Positions 52,841 to 63,485 of a stretch of DNA of 64,000 bases are shown in pieces (the stretch's first letter is position 1; the number at the start of each line of letters is the position of its first letter). The notes beneath the pieces were generated by a model, which did no database searches, was not told where the DNA came from, and was given only the letters and a program-made list of their open reading frames with translations. A program made the translations under genes and the position numbers. Source of the stretch: Candidatus Binatia bacterium (GTDB lineage: Bacteria; Desulfobacterota; Binatia; HRBIN30). The stretch covers positions 1 to 64,000 of the forward strand of contig JBBRSP010000018.1 of the NCBI GenBank assembly GCA_038245295.1, read 5' to 3'.

Positions 52841-53950
52841 TCATCCAAACATCATCGGGGACAACACATGCCCTGCATCCGGCTTGGCGCGGCCGGCCAG
52901 GGTGTCCTGATAGACACCCTCCATGTCGACGGCGCCGCGACCGTGCACGACGTGAATCCACTTCGACGCCGGCTCGACAAATTCGAGCCACGATTTGCCC
53001 ATACGCTGTTGCAGTCCGCCGGCGCCCCATTCCTTTGTGCGCTTGGCGGCCTGATCGGGCGCGAAGAACAGGGCAGGCTGCGGGCCGGGCAGATCCTGGC
53101 CTATGGCAACCTTGTCCCAATGCGTGCCGCCGACGACGCAGCTGTACTTGAGTGCGTCGGCGAAGTGTTCGTGGATGCCGCGCACGACGGCGCCGTTGCC
53201 GGCCATGTCGACGAACACACTCGGCGTCGACGCCGGCAACGTCGTGAGATCATCGTAGGGCACGACGCGGTCGTAACAGCCGAGGCTTTCGACGAAGGCG
53301 ACGTTGCTCGGCGAGGTGAGGCCAACCACCTCAACCTGGCCGCGTCGGTTGGCGTGCAGGCAATACGCCAGACTGAGCGACGTCTTGCTCGAAGCGCTGC
53401 TGATGATCACCTGACGGGCGCCGAAGAAGTTGTTGTCGGCGAGGAAGTCGTCGATCAGGAACGACGTGAGGAAGAGCACACGCAGCAACATCTGCAGATC
53501 CTCGCGGCGCGGATCGTAGCCGGGATCGGCGGCGACACGTGTGTACGAGTTGTAGAGCCCGTGCAGATGCTGTCGGTGGGCGCTGGCATCGTGGAAGCCG
53601 GCGGCGTTCACTTGCGCCGGCTGCAACACTGTCCACGTCGACATCGGCCAGTAGCCGAACAGCCGCTCGCCGGGTTTCACGTCGGGGCAATTGGAGCGCA
53701 CGACATCGCCAAAACCCCAGACAGGAATACGCCCCCAGCCCTCGGGCGCCGGGTAGAAGTCCCAGTAACGCATCATGTCGCCGAAAACCGCGTAGGTGAT
53801 GTTGTTGGCGGTGAAGGCGAACTTGTCGACGGCGACCAGGATCTCGCCCGGCTTCAGGTCGACGGCGCTCGCGTCGGCGGCGGGGGCGATCTGCGTCTCG
53901 TGCAGGGCGCCTTTGCGGACGAGGAAGTCGTAAGCGGAAGGAGTTGTCAT
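52841..53950 (-). CDS. DUF2855 family protein
   Basis: FAFTANNITYA..G...YW.F.P, IPVWGF, LF.TSFLIDD, SSASSKT, FFAP. Confidence 0.85.
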   Translation of the reverse strand: MTTPSAYDFLVRKGALHETQIAPAADASAVDLKPGEILVAVDKFAFTANNITYAVFGDMMRYWDFYPAPEGWGRIPVWGFGDVVRSNCPDVKPGERLFGYWPMSTWTVLQPAQVNAAGFHDASAHRQHLHGLYNSYTRVAADPGYDPRREDLQMLLRVLFLTSFLIDDFLADNNFFGARQVIISSASSKTSLSLAYCLHANRRGQVEVVGLTSPSNVAFVESLGCYDRVVPYDDLTTLPASTPSVFVDMAGNGAVVRGIHEHFADALKYSCVVGGTHWDKVAIGQDLPGPQPALFFAPDQAAKRTKEWGAGGLQQRMGKSWLEFVEPASKWIHVVHGRGAVDMEGVYQDTLAGRAKPDAGHVLSPMMFG

Positions 53951-54143
53951 GCGGGCACGGGTACTCGCCTGTGCGGCGTCGTGCAAGAAGGGACACGTTC
54001 AAACGGATTGGAACGGTAGGGGGTCGGGCGTCCGGGGCAGGGTGGGAATGGCAGGAGCATTGTGACGGCGCTGCTTGCCGCGCGACAGGCCAACCTCGAC
54101 GATCTATTGAGGACTGCCGCGACCTACACACCACCAGCCGCTC

Positions 54144-54252
54144 TTTGCCGCAGATGCAGACGGATGCACACAGATGCAGGCCCGTCGGGCCAGCGATGCT
54201 GGCGATGTCTGTTTACAAGCCAGCTGTGTTCATCCCACTCATCCGTGGCAAA
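54144..54252. repeat. CAGAT-type inverted repeat element
   Basis: TTTGCCGCAGATGCAGACGGATGCACACAG ... CTGTGTTCATCCCACTCATCCGTGGCAAA, imperfect inverted arms. Confidence 0.7.
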
Positions 54253-54609
54253 CAGCCTCTCGGTTGGGTTGCGGGCGAAGCCCGCGTCGTGTCCTTCATG
54301 GTGCAAGATCCTTGGTGGCGGCTGATTCAACGAGACGCCCAAAGGCCGAACAGGCGGCTGCAGGGGACGGCGGGGAGATTACTCCCTCGATCGCCATTGC
54401 TTCGAAGGGCGGTGGAAACTTGCCATCCACTTTCACCATAGCCACCAACGTCCCACCGCGATAGATGAACGGCATTCGTGTTGTCGATCTGTGCGAGATG
54501 CCCTTGACCGCCAATCGCCGCGAGGCGCCGGCGGTTGTCCCGTAGCGGACCGCCACTGATCCCCGGGGCTGCGGTCGAACGAGAAGACTCGTGTCAGGAG
54601 GACAAGCCA

Positions 54610-56142
54610 ATGCAACTCGGACCCGCCGCCAACGCAGTCAACACGCCGGACAAACTGGCGCTGGTTTTCGGTGATCGACGCCACACGTGGCGCGAATGGA
54701 ACGGCCGCATGTGTCGGCTCGCCAATGGCCTGCGCACGCTCGGTCTGCAGCCCGGGGACAAAGTTGCCGTGTTGCTTAACAACTGCCCGGAGCTGATCGA
54801 AGTCACCAGCGCCATGACCAAGGTCGGCCTCACCGCCGTGCCGCTCAACTATCGGCTGACGGCGGAAGAAGCGCAGTACATCGTCCACAACTCCGACGCG
54901 CGCGCCTTCATCTTCGGCAGCGAGTTCACCGAGCGTGTCAGCGTCATCCAAGAAGACCTGCCCAACATCGCGCCGGCCAACTTCATCGTTGTCGGTCGAC
55001 CCGTGCCCGGCTTCGAGCGCTACGAAGATCTGCTCGGGGCGCACAATGACGACGAGCCGAGCGTCGACGCGCCGGTAACCAGCCCAACGATGATCTACAC
55101 CTCGGGGACGACGGGCCGCCCCAAGGGCGTCGCGCGCCGCGGCGGCAGCGATCCGGTTGTCGTCATGGGCATCATCCAGGGCTTCGAGCTCGGTCGCGAT
55201 GAAGTTCATCTGGTGTGTTGCCCGCTCTATCACAGTGCGCCGCTGCTCGGTGTGGCTCTCACCGTCGCTCTCGGCGGCACGCTCGTCATCATGCCGAAGT
55301 TCGATGCCGAAGAATTTTTGCGCCTGGTCGAGCGCGAGAAGGTCACGTCGACAATGGCCGTTCCGACCGTAATGAAGCGCCTGGTGGCCTTGCCGCCGCA
55401 AACCAGGCAGCGTTACGACGTCGGTTCCTTCCGGCGCATGATCTTCGGCGCCGCGCCCTGCCCGATGGAAACGAAACGCGCCGTTGCCGATTTCTTCGGG
55501 AATTGTTTGTACGAGTATTACGGCTCGACCGACGCCGGCCTCAACACGATCTTACCGCCTGGTGATCAGTTCTCGAAGGTCGGCAGCTGCGGCCGCATTC
55601 TGCCAGGCAACGACGTCAAGATTTTCGATGATGACGGCAGAGAGCTCGGGATCGGCGCGGTCGGCGATGTGTACATCCACAGCTCGGCCGTCGACAACGT
55701 CCGTTACTACAAGGATCCGGAGAAAACGCGTCTGGCCTTTCGTGGCCGGCACATGACGGTCGGCGACATGGGTTACGTTGATGCCGACGGCTACCTCTAC
55801 CTGGTTGACCGCAAGATCGACATGATCATCTCCGGTGGCGTCAACATCTATCCGGCCGAGATCGAAGCGCTGATCCACGAGCATCCCGCGGTGCTCGACT
55901 GCGCGGTACTCGGCGTACCCAATGACGAATGGGGCGAAGAGGTGAAAGCGGTGGTCCAGCTGAAAGACGGTGCCAGCGCCGACGCGTCAGAGATCCTCGC
56001 TTTCCTGGCGCCGCGCCTCGCCGACTACAAGCGGCCGCGCAGCATCGACTTCGTCGACGAAATCCCGCGCAACCCGTCGGGCAAGATTCTCAAGCGCGAG
56101 CTGCGCAAGCGCTACTGGGAGAACGCCGGGCGGAGCATTTGA
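54610..56142 (+). CDS. Acyl-CoA synthetase (AMP-forming)
   Basis: YTSGTTGRPKG, PLYH, YYGSTD, GDMGY, DRKIDMIISGGVNIYP, PRNPSGK. Confidence 0.95.
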   Translation: MQLGPAANAVNTPDKLALVFGDRRHTWREWNGRMCRLANGLRTLGLQPGDKVAVLLNNCPELIEVTSAMTKVGLTAVPLNYRLTAEEAQYIVHNSDARAFIFGSEFTERVSVIQEDLPNIAPANFIVVGRPVPGFERYEDLLGAHNDDEPSVDAPVTSPTMIYTSGTTGRPKGVARRGGSDPVVVMGIIQGFELGRDEVHLVCCPLYHSAPLLGVALTVALGGTLVIMPKFDAEEFLRLVEREKVTSTMAVPTVMKRLVALPPQTRQRYDVGSFRRMIFGAAPCPMETKRAVADFFGNCLYEYYGSTDAGLNTILPPGDQFSKVGSCGRILPGNDVKIFDDDGRELGIGAVGDVYIHSSAVDNVRYYKDPEKTRLAFRGRHMTVGDMGYVDADGYLYLVDRKIDMIISGGVNIYPAEIEALIHEHPAVLDCAVLGVPNDEWGEEVKAVVQLKDGASADASEILAFLAPRLADYKRPRSIDFVDEIPRNPSGKILKRELRKRYWENAGRSI

Positions 56143-56153
56143 TCAGCAGCTCT

Positions 56154-56225
56154 GCAGGCTGAAGCCTGCGCCTACCCGTCGGCCCACGGCTGAAATGCAA
56201 ACCGGTAGGCGCAGGCTTCAGCCTG
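56154..56225. repeat. GTAG-type REP doublet between convergent genes
   Basis: GCAGGCTGAAGCCTGCGCCTAC (56154-56175) and GTAGGCGCAGGCTTCAGCCTG (56205-56225). Confidence 0.9.
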
Positions 56226-56235
56226 TGGGCCTGCT

Positions 56236-57213
56236 TCACACCGCGACGCCCTGGGAATCGAAGATACCGTCGAACAACGCCGTGCTGAGGTAACGCTCGC
56301 CCGAGTCGGGCAACACGGTAACGATCGTTTTGCCGGCGTTCTCTGGCCGACGTGCCAGGCGCACGCACACCGCAACCGCGGCGCCGCAGGAGATACCGGC
56401 GAGGATCCCTTCCTCGCGTGCCAGGCGGCGCGCGTACTCGATGGCCTCCTCGTTCGTGACCTGCTCGATTGCGTCGATGAGCGACATGTCAACAATTGCC
56501 GGCACGAAACCGGCGCCGATGCCCTGGATCTTATGCGGCCCCGGTTTGAGCTCGACACCGGCCCGCGTCTGCGTCAGCACCGGGCTCGCCGACGGTTCGA
56601 CAGCGACGGTGTAGATGGCCTTGCCGCGTGTCTTCTTGATGTAGCGTGACACGCCGGTGATGGTGCCGCCGGTGCCGACACCGGAGACGAAGATGTCGAT
56701 GGCGCCGTTGGTATCGTCCCATATCTCCGGGCCGGTGGTGCGTTCGTGGATCGCCGGATTGGCCGGGTTGGCGAATTGTTGGAGTAGCACGTAACGCGAC
56801 GGATCGGTGGCGACGATCGACTCGGCCTTGGCGATGGCGCCGCTCATGCCGCGGGCACCTTCGGTGAGCACGAGGTTGGCACCGTAGGCCACCAGCAACT
56901 TGCGCCGTTCGATGCTCATGGTGTCGGGCATGGTCAGCGTCAGCTTGTAACCACGTGACGCCGCCACGAAGGCTAGCGCGATGCCGGTGTTGCCGCTGGT
57001 CGGCTCGACCAGTTCCTTACCGGGTCCGAGCACCCCGCGCCGCTCGGCATCCCACACCATCGACGCGCCGATGCGGCATTTCACCGAGTAGGCCGGATTG
57101 CGGCCTTCGATCTTCGCCAGGATCGTTGCCGGCGCGCCGTCCTGAATGCGATTGAGTCGCACCAGCGGCGTGTGGCCGATCGAGCTGGCGTTGTCTTCAA
57201 ACCATTTGGGCAT
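56236..57213 (-). CDS. cysK: Cysteine synthase A
   Basis: [61 protein letters not shown]. Confidence 0.97.
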   Translation of the reverse strand: MPKWFEDNASSIGHTPLVRLNRIQDGAPATILAKIEGRNPAYSVKCRIGASMVWDAERRGVLGPGKELVEPTSGNTGIALAFVAASRGYKLTLTMPDTMSIERRKLLVAYGANLVLTEGARGMSGAIAKAESIVATDPSRYVLLQQFANPANPAIHERTTGPEIWDDTNGAIDIFVSGVGTGGTITGVSRYIKKTRGKAIYTVAVEPSASPVLTQTRAGVELKPGPHKIQGIGAGFVPAIVDMSLIDAIEQVTNEEAIEYARRLAREEGILAGISCGAAVAVCVRLARRPENAGKTIVTVLPDSGERYLSTALFDGIFDSQGVAV

Positions 57214-57325
57214 CAACGTACCTCCGTCGTTCATTTGCACAGCGCACGAGGACTTCCGCTCGTGGGCTCGAGAACTTCATATCCTTCGCACCTCGATAAG
57301 AGCAACGTCCCGTTTGGCCGTTGGC

Positions 57326-57804
57326 CGTCGTCCCGGCCCTCGAGACTGTCGGTTTTCTCGGATTCATCGCTTGGAAGCACACAACATTTCCGTCATTCCG
57401 GCGAAAGCCGGAATCTCCCCATCATTTTTGGCCTTCCACTCGAGGAGATCCCGGCTTTCGAGACTGTCGTAAGACCAAAGTGGAGCAACGTCATCCCGGT
57501 GAAAACCGGGATCTCCCCCTGCTGGAAGCCTCGAGAGCTGGAGAGATACCGGCTTTCGCCGGTATGACGAACAGGTCTGCTCGGTTTCAAATTCGGTTTT
57601 CGAGTAAATCGACACACTCTTTCGCCGGTATGACGGAAAGGTCTGCTCGGTTTCAAATTTGGTTTCCGAGTAAATCGACATACTCTTTCGCCGGGATGAC
57701 GTTGCTTCATTTCAGTTTATCGACAGTCTCGAAGGCTAGGGTCCAGTGATGAAAACGTAGCTGTGCGTTCGGTTACGCTGGGTCCCGGCCTTCGCCGGGA
57801 CGAC
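57326..57804. mobile_element. Nested CGTC-type REP / MITE-like composite, second locus
   Basis: GAGACTGTCG starts at 57342 and 57460 (the latter after TTTC). Right-end-like ATCGACA..CTC ends at 57619, 57685 (both followed by TTTC) and 57730. 57722-57804 is a near-identical reverse complement of 30119-30201. Confidence 0.75.
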
Positions 57805-57875
57805 TCATCAGGAAAGAAAGCCGATTTGGCTTTGAGTTGCTGACAGGTGATGGGCAAACACAGTATCTAGCGGCG

Positions 57876-60347
57876 ATGGCTCGCACCGCTCCCTGTCCGC
57901 TGTTGGCACCGTACCGCGTTCTTGACCTTACGGACACGCGAGCCGAGCTCGGGCCGCTGCTGCTGGCCGGCATGGGCGCCGATGTGATCAAGATCGAACC
58001 ACCGGGCGGTGATGCGTCGCGTCTGGCGCCGCCCCTTGACCCCACGCAGCCGGCGGGCAGGCAGAGCTTGCGCTTCCATGCGTTCAATCGTGGTAAGCGC
58101 AGCATCACGCTCGACCTCGACGACGCCGCCGGCCGCGCGGCGATGTTCCGGCTGGTTGCGACAGCCGACTTCGTCTTCGAGAACGCCGCCCCGGGTGCGA
58201 TGGCGGCGCGCGGGCTCGGCTTCGAAGCGCTACGCGCCGTCAATCCGAGGCTTGTCTACGTGGCGATCTCACCGTTCGGGCAGGACGGACCTTATGCGCA
58301 TCATCTGGCCACGGACCTGACGCTCTCCGCGATGGGCGGAGCGATGGCTTTGAATGGCGATGCCGATCGCCGGCCGGTACGCATCAGCGTGCCGCAGACG
58401 TGGTATCACGCAGCCGCCGAGAGTGTGGTCGGGGCATTGGTGGCGCAGCGGCGGCAGGTGCAGACGGGTGAAGCGCAGTTCGTCGACGTGTCGGTGCAAG
58501 CGGCGGTGTTCTGGACCGGTCTGAGCGCCATGATCGCCCACGCCATTCAGGGTAAGAATATCGAACGCAACGGCACGCTGCTGCAGCTCAGCACGATGGT
58601 GACGCCCCTCGTGTATCCGTGCGCCGACGGCGAGGTGGTGCTCATCACGACCACCGCGACGCTCAATAAACTCATTCCTTGGATGCTGGAAGACGGCGTC
58701 GTCGACGCCGAGTGGGTCGCCGCCGAGGACTGGAAGACGTACGAGGTTCGCATGCTCACGGGTGCGCCGCTGGCCCATTCGATGCCGGCGGTGCAAGAAC
58801 GCGTGCGCGCCTTCTGCGCGCGCTTCACGAAGGCCGAGTTGTTCGCGCGCGGCATCGCCGGCAGCGCGACGATTGCCCCGGTGAATACCATCGCCGATGT
58901 CGTCGGCCTCGATCATCTGCGGCAGCGCCAATACTGGCAAGGCTACGAGTTGCCAAGCGGCCGCAGCCTGCATGCAGCCGGCGAATTTGTGCGCTTCTCG
59001 GAGACGCCGATCGAGTTTTGCGGGTCGGCGCCGGTGGCGGATGAGCATGGTGACGAGATTCGCGGCGGGCTCGCCGCCGGCGCGGCAGCGGGGCATGGGA
59101 CTCGTGGGTCCGATAGGTCACATGAGTCCCTTGAAGTGCCCCTGCCCTTCCAAGGAATCAAAGTCGCCGACTTCTCCTGGATCGGTGTCGGCCCAATCAC
59201 AGCCAAATATCTCGCCGATCACGGCGCCACGGTGGTGCACATCGAGACCGAGTTTCCGGTCGATCGTTTACGGGTCGTCGGGCCGTTCAAGGACAACATC
59301 GCCGGGCCAAACCGCTGTCAGTTCTTCGGCTCGTTCAACACCTCCAAACTATCGTTGGCGATCAATCTCAAGACACCCGAGGGACTCGAAGTCGCCAAGA
59401 AGCTGATCGCCTGGGCCGACATCGCTCTCGATTCGTTCACGCCCGGCACCGTCGCCGACCTTGGCTTCGGCTACGACGTGGCACGGCAGATCAACCCGCA
59501 GATCATCATGGCGAGTACGTGCCTGATGGGTCAGACCGGCCCGGCCGCGGCACTCGCCGGTTACGGCTACCACGCCGCGGCTGTGTCTGGGTTCTATGAG
59601 GTCACGGGTTGGGATGATCGCCCACCCGGCGGACCATTCATGGCGTATACCGACACCATCGCACCGCGCTTTCTGGGGGCGGCCTTGATGGCGGCGCTCG
59701 ATCACCGTCGGCGCACCGGCGAGGGACAGTTCATCGATCAAGCGCAGATGGAATCATCGCTCTACTTCCTCGCCCCGGAGATTCTCGACTACCAGGTGAG
59801 CGGCCGCGTTCCGCGCCGCAACGGCAACGAGGCGACCGACGCGACGCCACACGATGCGTATCCGTGCGCCGGTGATGACCAATGGTGTGCCATCGCCGTC
59901 GAAACCGACGAGCAGTGGCGCGGTCTGCGCCGTGCCCTCGGCGATCCCGCGTGGGCCACCGAGGCGGCACTCGACACATTCGAGGGACGCCGTGCCGAAC
60001 GCGAGTTGATCGACGACAAGCTGGCCGAATTTACGCGACGGGTCGAGCCGCGTGTTTTGATGGAGCAACTGCAAGCGGCGGGTGTCCCCGTCGGTATGGT
60101 GCAGCGCTCGAGTGATCACCTGAACGATCCACAACTCCGCCATCGCGCCTTCTTCCGCCCCTTGGCGCATGCCGAGATGGGAGAGGTCCCCTACGAAGGG
60201 CACCAATTCCGCATAGCCGGGTACGACAATGGGCCGCGCTTCGCGGCGCCCTGTCTTGGTGAGCATTCCTTGCAGGTGCTCCAGGAGATTCTCGGCTACG
60301 ACGACGAGAACCTGGCGCGTATCGCCGCAAGTGGAGCGCTGCAGTAG
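57876..60347 (+). CDS. Family III CoA-transferase (CaiB/BaiF), two fused domains
   Basis: Two repeats of VLDL/VADF..GA.V..IE, N..K.S..., and the C-terminal AP..GEH motif. Confidence 0.92.
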   Translation: MARTAPCPLLAPYRVLDLTDTRAELGPLLLAGMGADVIKIEPPGGDASRLAPPLDPTQPAGRQSLRFHAFNRGKRSITLDLDDAAGRAAMFRLVATADFVFENAAPGAMAARGLGFEALRAVNPRLVYVAISPFGQDGPYAHHLATDLTLSAMGGAMALNGDADRRPVRISVPQTWYHAAAESVVGALVAQRRQVQTGEAQFVDVSVQAAVFWTGLSAMIAHAIQGKNIERNGTLLQLSTMVTPLVYPCADGEVVLITTTATLNKLIPWMLEDGVVDAEWVAAEDWKTYEVRMLTGAPLAHSMPAVQERVRAFCARFTKAELFARGIAGSATIAPVNTIADVVGLDHLRQRQYWQGYELPSGRSLHAAGEFVRFSETPIEFCGSAPVADEHGDEIRGGLAAGAAAGHGTRGSDRSHESLEVPLPFQGIKVADFSWIGVGPITAKYLADHGATVVHIETEFPVDRLRVVGPFKDNIAGPNRCQFFGSFNTSKLSLAINLKTPEGLEVAKKLIAWADIALDSFTPGTVADLGFGYDVARQINPQIIMASTCLMGQTGPAAALAGYGYHAAAVSGFYEVTGWDDRPPGGPFMAYTDTIAPRFLGAALMAALDHRRRTGEGQFIDQAQMESSLYFLAPEILDYQVSGRVPRRNGNEATDATPHDAYPCAGDDQWCAIAVETDEQWRGLRRALGDPAWATEAALDTFEGRRAERELIDDKLAEFTRRVEPRVLMEQLQAAGVPVGMVQRSSDHLNDPQLRHRAFFRPLAHAEMGEVPYEGHQFRIAGYDNGPRFAAPCLGEHSLQVLQEILGYDDENLARIAASGALQ

Positions 60348-60621
60348 GCTGATTGATTACGAGCGCACAGCATCTGCTGGTCGATTGCCGTGTCCGTGAC
60401 GCGCCAGGAAGCCCCAGGATCGACGATCAGAGGGCGACCTAGGCCTACCTAGCCACACAAACTCAACGTTTTTTGGCTCTCACGACAGATAACTGGGTGG
60501 CTACCCCTGATTTGATTGATGATTCTCGGCAGTCACCACGCTCAAACGCCTGCGGGCGGGAGCAACCCGACGCACTACCGCTTCCCGCCCGATAATCGGC
60601 GCGCCCAGGCGGTTTCGGGAC

Positions 60622-61644
60622 TCACATCGGCGCCGGGGCGGGATAGTGGATGTACTCGTCGATGAGGCGTTCGCACAGGACGTGATCGCGCGGCGGGTCG
60701 CCTTCCATGTGGCCGCGATGTCGCATGTCGTCGAGCAGGCGGTCGACGACGAAGTCGACGGTGAGATCGTCACTGTGTTCTTGCCAGCGCTTCTTCTCCG
60801 CCGCGTCGGCGAAACAGTACGCCTTCCACGAGACCGAGAAGCGCAAGTCGCGCCAATCGTACGTCGCCACCGAGCGCTCTTTGTCGATCACGTGCCACGT
60901 ACGATCGCCCGCGAAGCTCAACCGCATGCCGCGTGCGAGTGGGGTGATCGGTTGCGACGTCTCGGCAACGCGATCAACTCCATGAAAGACACTGTCGGTG
61001 TCGAGCAGAACTGCCGTGTTGTAACGCACTGGTTGAGCCACCGGCGCCGCGGCGGCACCGTCGGGATAGAATACGAACTCACCACCCTTGCAGTCGTGGA
61101 ACCACGACACGCCGGTGGCAATCGGCATGCGCCACTCCTCGAACAGCTTCGAATGATGCATGACGACGATCAGCCACTGCGGATGCGTCTTGCGGCTGAC
61201 GCCGCGAAATTCGCCGACATCGGTGTGCACGGCGAGCTCCTGTCCTGGGACCAACAGGTTGGCGAACACGATGGCCGGCTCGATCACGGGTCGGCCGTAG
61301 AGTTGGCGCGACGCTTCGATAAAACCTTCATGATAGAGGAATGGCTCGATCCCGGCGGCGCGAATCTCGTGGCCATAGGCATAGGTCTCGCGGAAATAAT
61401 TCGTGCGCGCCGCCAACGTGCGAATGTCCTCGTGGCGCGCGAAGCGACCGCCGGTCTTCACGAAGTTGCGCACGGCATCGTAACGCGCCGGTAGTCCCTC
61501 GCCGAAGCCCGCGAACGTCGGCTCTTCGGAGTACATACCGTAGCTGCCGTAGGCCTCGCAGAGCCGCACCAGTGCATCGGCTTGCGTCTCACTGAGAAGC
61601 GGATCGAATGTGGTGACGGCATTTACGGTACCCATGGGGTCCAC
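60622..61644 (-). CDS. Putative 2OG-Fe(II) oxygenase-like protein
   Basis: NLLVPGQELAVHTD (HxD), GGEFVFY, VFHGV, R.SVSWK; no known subfamily recognised. Confidence 0.6.
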   Translation of the reverse strand: MDPMGTVNAVTTFDPLLSETQADALVRLCEAYGSYGMYSEEPTFAGFGEGLPARYDAVRNFVKTGGRFARHEDIRTLAARTNYFRETYAYGHEIRAAGIEPFLYHEGFIEASRQLYGRPVIEPAIVFANLLVPGQELAVHTDVGEFRGVSRKTHPQWLIVVMHHSKLFEEWRMPIATGVSWFHDCKGGEFVFYPDGAAAAPVAQPVRYNTAVLLDTDSVFHGVDRVAETSQPITPLARGMRLSFAGDRTWHVIDKERSVATYDWRDLRFSVSWKAYCFADAAEKKRWQEHSDDLTVDFVVDRLLDDMRHRGHMEGDPPRDHVLCERLIDEYIHYPAPAPM

Positions 61645-61780
61645 CCTCTACTCCGCCCAGGTTTCGATGCAAGCGCACCGCAGTTCATGGACTGCAGGGC
61701 CGGAGCGAAGTTTGATCGCTCGTGGTAACAGCGTCGGCGGCTCGACCTTTGCTCAGGAGACGGGACAGGAGGGAACAGGG

Positions 61781-62074
61781 ATGGCAACCGCGCCGAAATC
61801 AAACTGTGCCGACGCACCGGGAAAATTGGTACCGCTGATTGATCGCAATCGTTGCGAGGCCAAGGGCGACTGCGTGCCGATCTGTCCGTACAACGTCTTC
61901 GAGATTCAGGACCTGTCGGCACCCGAGCGCGCCGAGCTGTCGTGGAAGGGCAGCATCAAGGCCTACTTCCATGGCTACCGCCAAGCGTATGCGGTGCGTG
62001 CCGATCAGTGTCACGCGTGCGGCTTGTGCGTCCAGGCGTGCCCGGAAAAAGCGATCAAGCTGCGAGCCGCCTGA
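61781..62074 (+). CDS. 4Fe-4S dicluster ferredoxin
   Basis: CEAKGDCVPICP and CHACGLCVQACP; GGAGG upstream. Confidence 0.9.
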   Translation: MATAPKSNCADAPGKLVPLIDRNRCEAKGDCVPICPYNVFEIQDLSAPERAELSWKGSIKAYFHGYRQAYAVRADQCHACGLCVQACPEKAIKLRAA

Positions 62075-62174
62075 GACACGCGACGACACACACGACATTC
62101 GTCAAAACGCCGCAGCCGTTCCAATGGCTCAAGTACTGGCGGAGCGGCGTTCGCTTCGCTTTGTGAATGCGGCC

Positions 62175-63422
62175 ATGAAGCATCCACTGCCTGCGCCGCG
62201 AGGCTTTCGTCCGGTGCCACGCACCGGCGTGATTTACGTGATGACCGAAGCCGCCCGCCACGGCTACGAGGCCGGCAACCCGGCCTGGGCCAATCTCGGA
62301 CAGGGCTCCCCCGAGACCGGCTCGCTGCCAGGGGCACCGGCGCGACGCGTATCCATCGAGCTCGCGCCGGAAGACTTCGAATACTCGCCGATCGATGGCT
62401 TGCCCGAGCTGCGCGATCGCGTCGCGGCGCTCTACAACACCCGTTATCGCGTCGGCAAGAAGAGCCAGTACACGCGCCACAATGTCGCCATCAGCCCCGG
62501 CGGACGTGCCGGGCTGACACGCCTCGTGTCGACAATCGGCCGCACCAACGTCGGCCATTTCCTGCCGGACTACACCGCGTACGAGGAGCTCCTCGAATCG
62601 TTCGGAACCTTCGTGCCGATTCCACTGATTCGCCACGCCGAGGCAGGCTACGCTTTTTCCTCCGAGGAGTTACGCAACGAAATTCTCGGCCGCGGCTTGT
62701 CGGCGGTCGTGTTGTCCAATCCCTCGAACCCGACGGGAGCTCTGGTCCACGGCGAAGAACTGCAGCGTTGGGTGGCGACGGCACGCGATCTCGACTGCAC
62801 GTTGATCTTCGACGAGTTCTACAGCCATTACATCTATCTCGACACGCCGCAGACCGTCTCGGCGGCGGCATTCGTCGAGGATGTCGACAACGACCCGGTC
62901 GTCCTGATCGACGGGCTGACCAAGAACTGGCGTTATCCGGGCTTCCGCGTTTCCTGGACGATCGCGCCCAAGCCGATCATCGAGGCCATCACATCGGCGG
63001 GAAGTTTTCTCGAGGGCGGCTGTGCGCGTCCCATGCAGATCGCTGCCATCCCGCTCGTTGATCCGGAAGTTGCCGATCGCGAAGCACGCGCCATCCAAAC
63101 TGTCTTCCGCGCCAAGCGCGAGCGCATGTTGGCGGGCCTGGCAGAACTCGGGATCAAAGTTCATCCGCCGAGCGGCGGCTTCTATTGTTGGGGCGACCTG
63201 TCCGATCTACCAGCGCCCTTCAATTCAGGCATGGACCTGTTCCGCAGCGGCATCGAGCGCGGACTGATCACCGTCCCGGGAATTTTCTTCGACATCAACC
63301 CGGGGCAGCGGCGTCCGGATCGCGCCAGCCGCTTCGCCCATCATGCGCGCTTCTCCTTCGGCCCACCACAGGCGGAGCTCGATCGCGGCCTGGAGATCTT
63401 GCGCGGCATGCTGAAGCGTTAG
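62175..63422 (+). CDS. PLP-dependent aminotransferase class I/II
   Basis: NLGQG.PE, Y....G..ELR, SNPSNPTG, DEFY, GLTKNWRYPGFR. Confidence 0.92.
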   Translation: MKHPLPAPRGFRPVPRTGVIYVMTEAARHGYEAGNPAWANLGQGSPETGSLPGAPARRVSIELAPEDFEYSPIDGLPELRDRVAALYNTRYRVGKKSQYTRHNVAISPGGRAGLTRLVSTIGRTNVGHFLPDYTAYEELLESFGTFVPIPLIRHAEAGYAFSSEELRNEILGRGLSAVVLSNPSNPTGALVHGEELQRWVATARDLDCTLIFDEFYSHYIYLDTPQTVSAAAFVEDVDNDPVVLIDGLTKNWRYPGFRVSWTIAPKPIIEAITSAGSFLEGGCARPMQIAAIPLVDPEVADREARAIQTVFRAKRERMLAGLAELGIKVHPPSGGFYCWGDLSDLPAPFNSGMDLFRSGIERGLITVPGIFFDINPGQRRPDRASRFAHHARFSFGPPQAELDRGLEILRGMLKR

Positions 63423-63485
63423 CCTGCACCATTTGCTCGACCGTCGGCATCACTCTAAGGGCACCGACGAGGGTCAAGGATTCAG

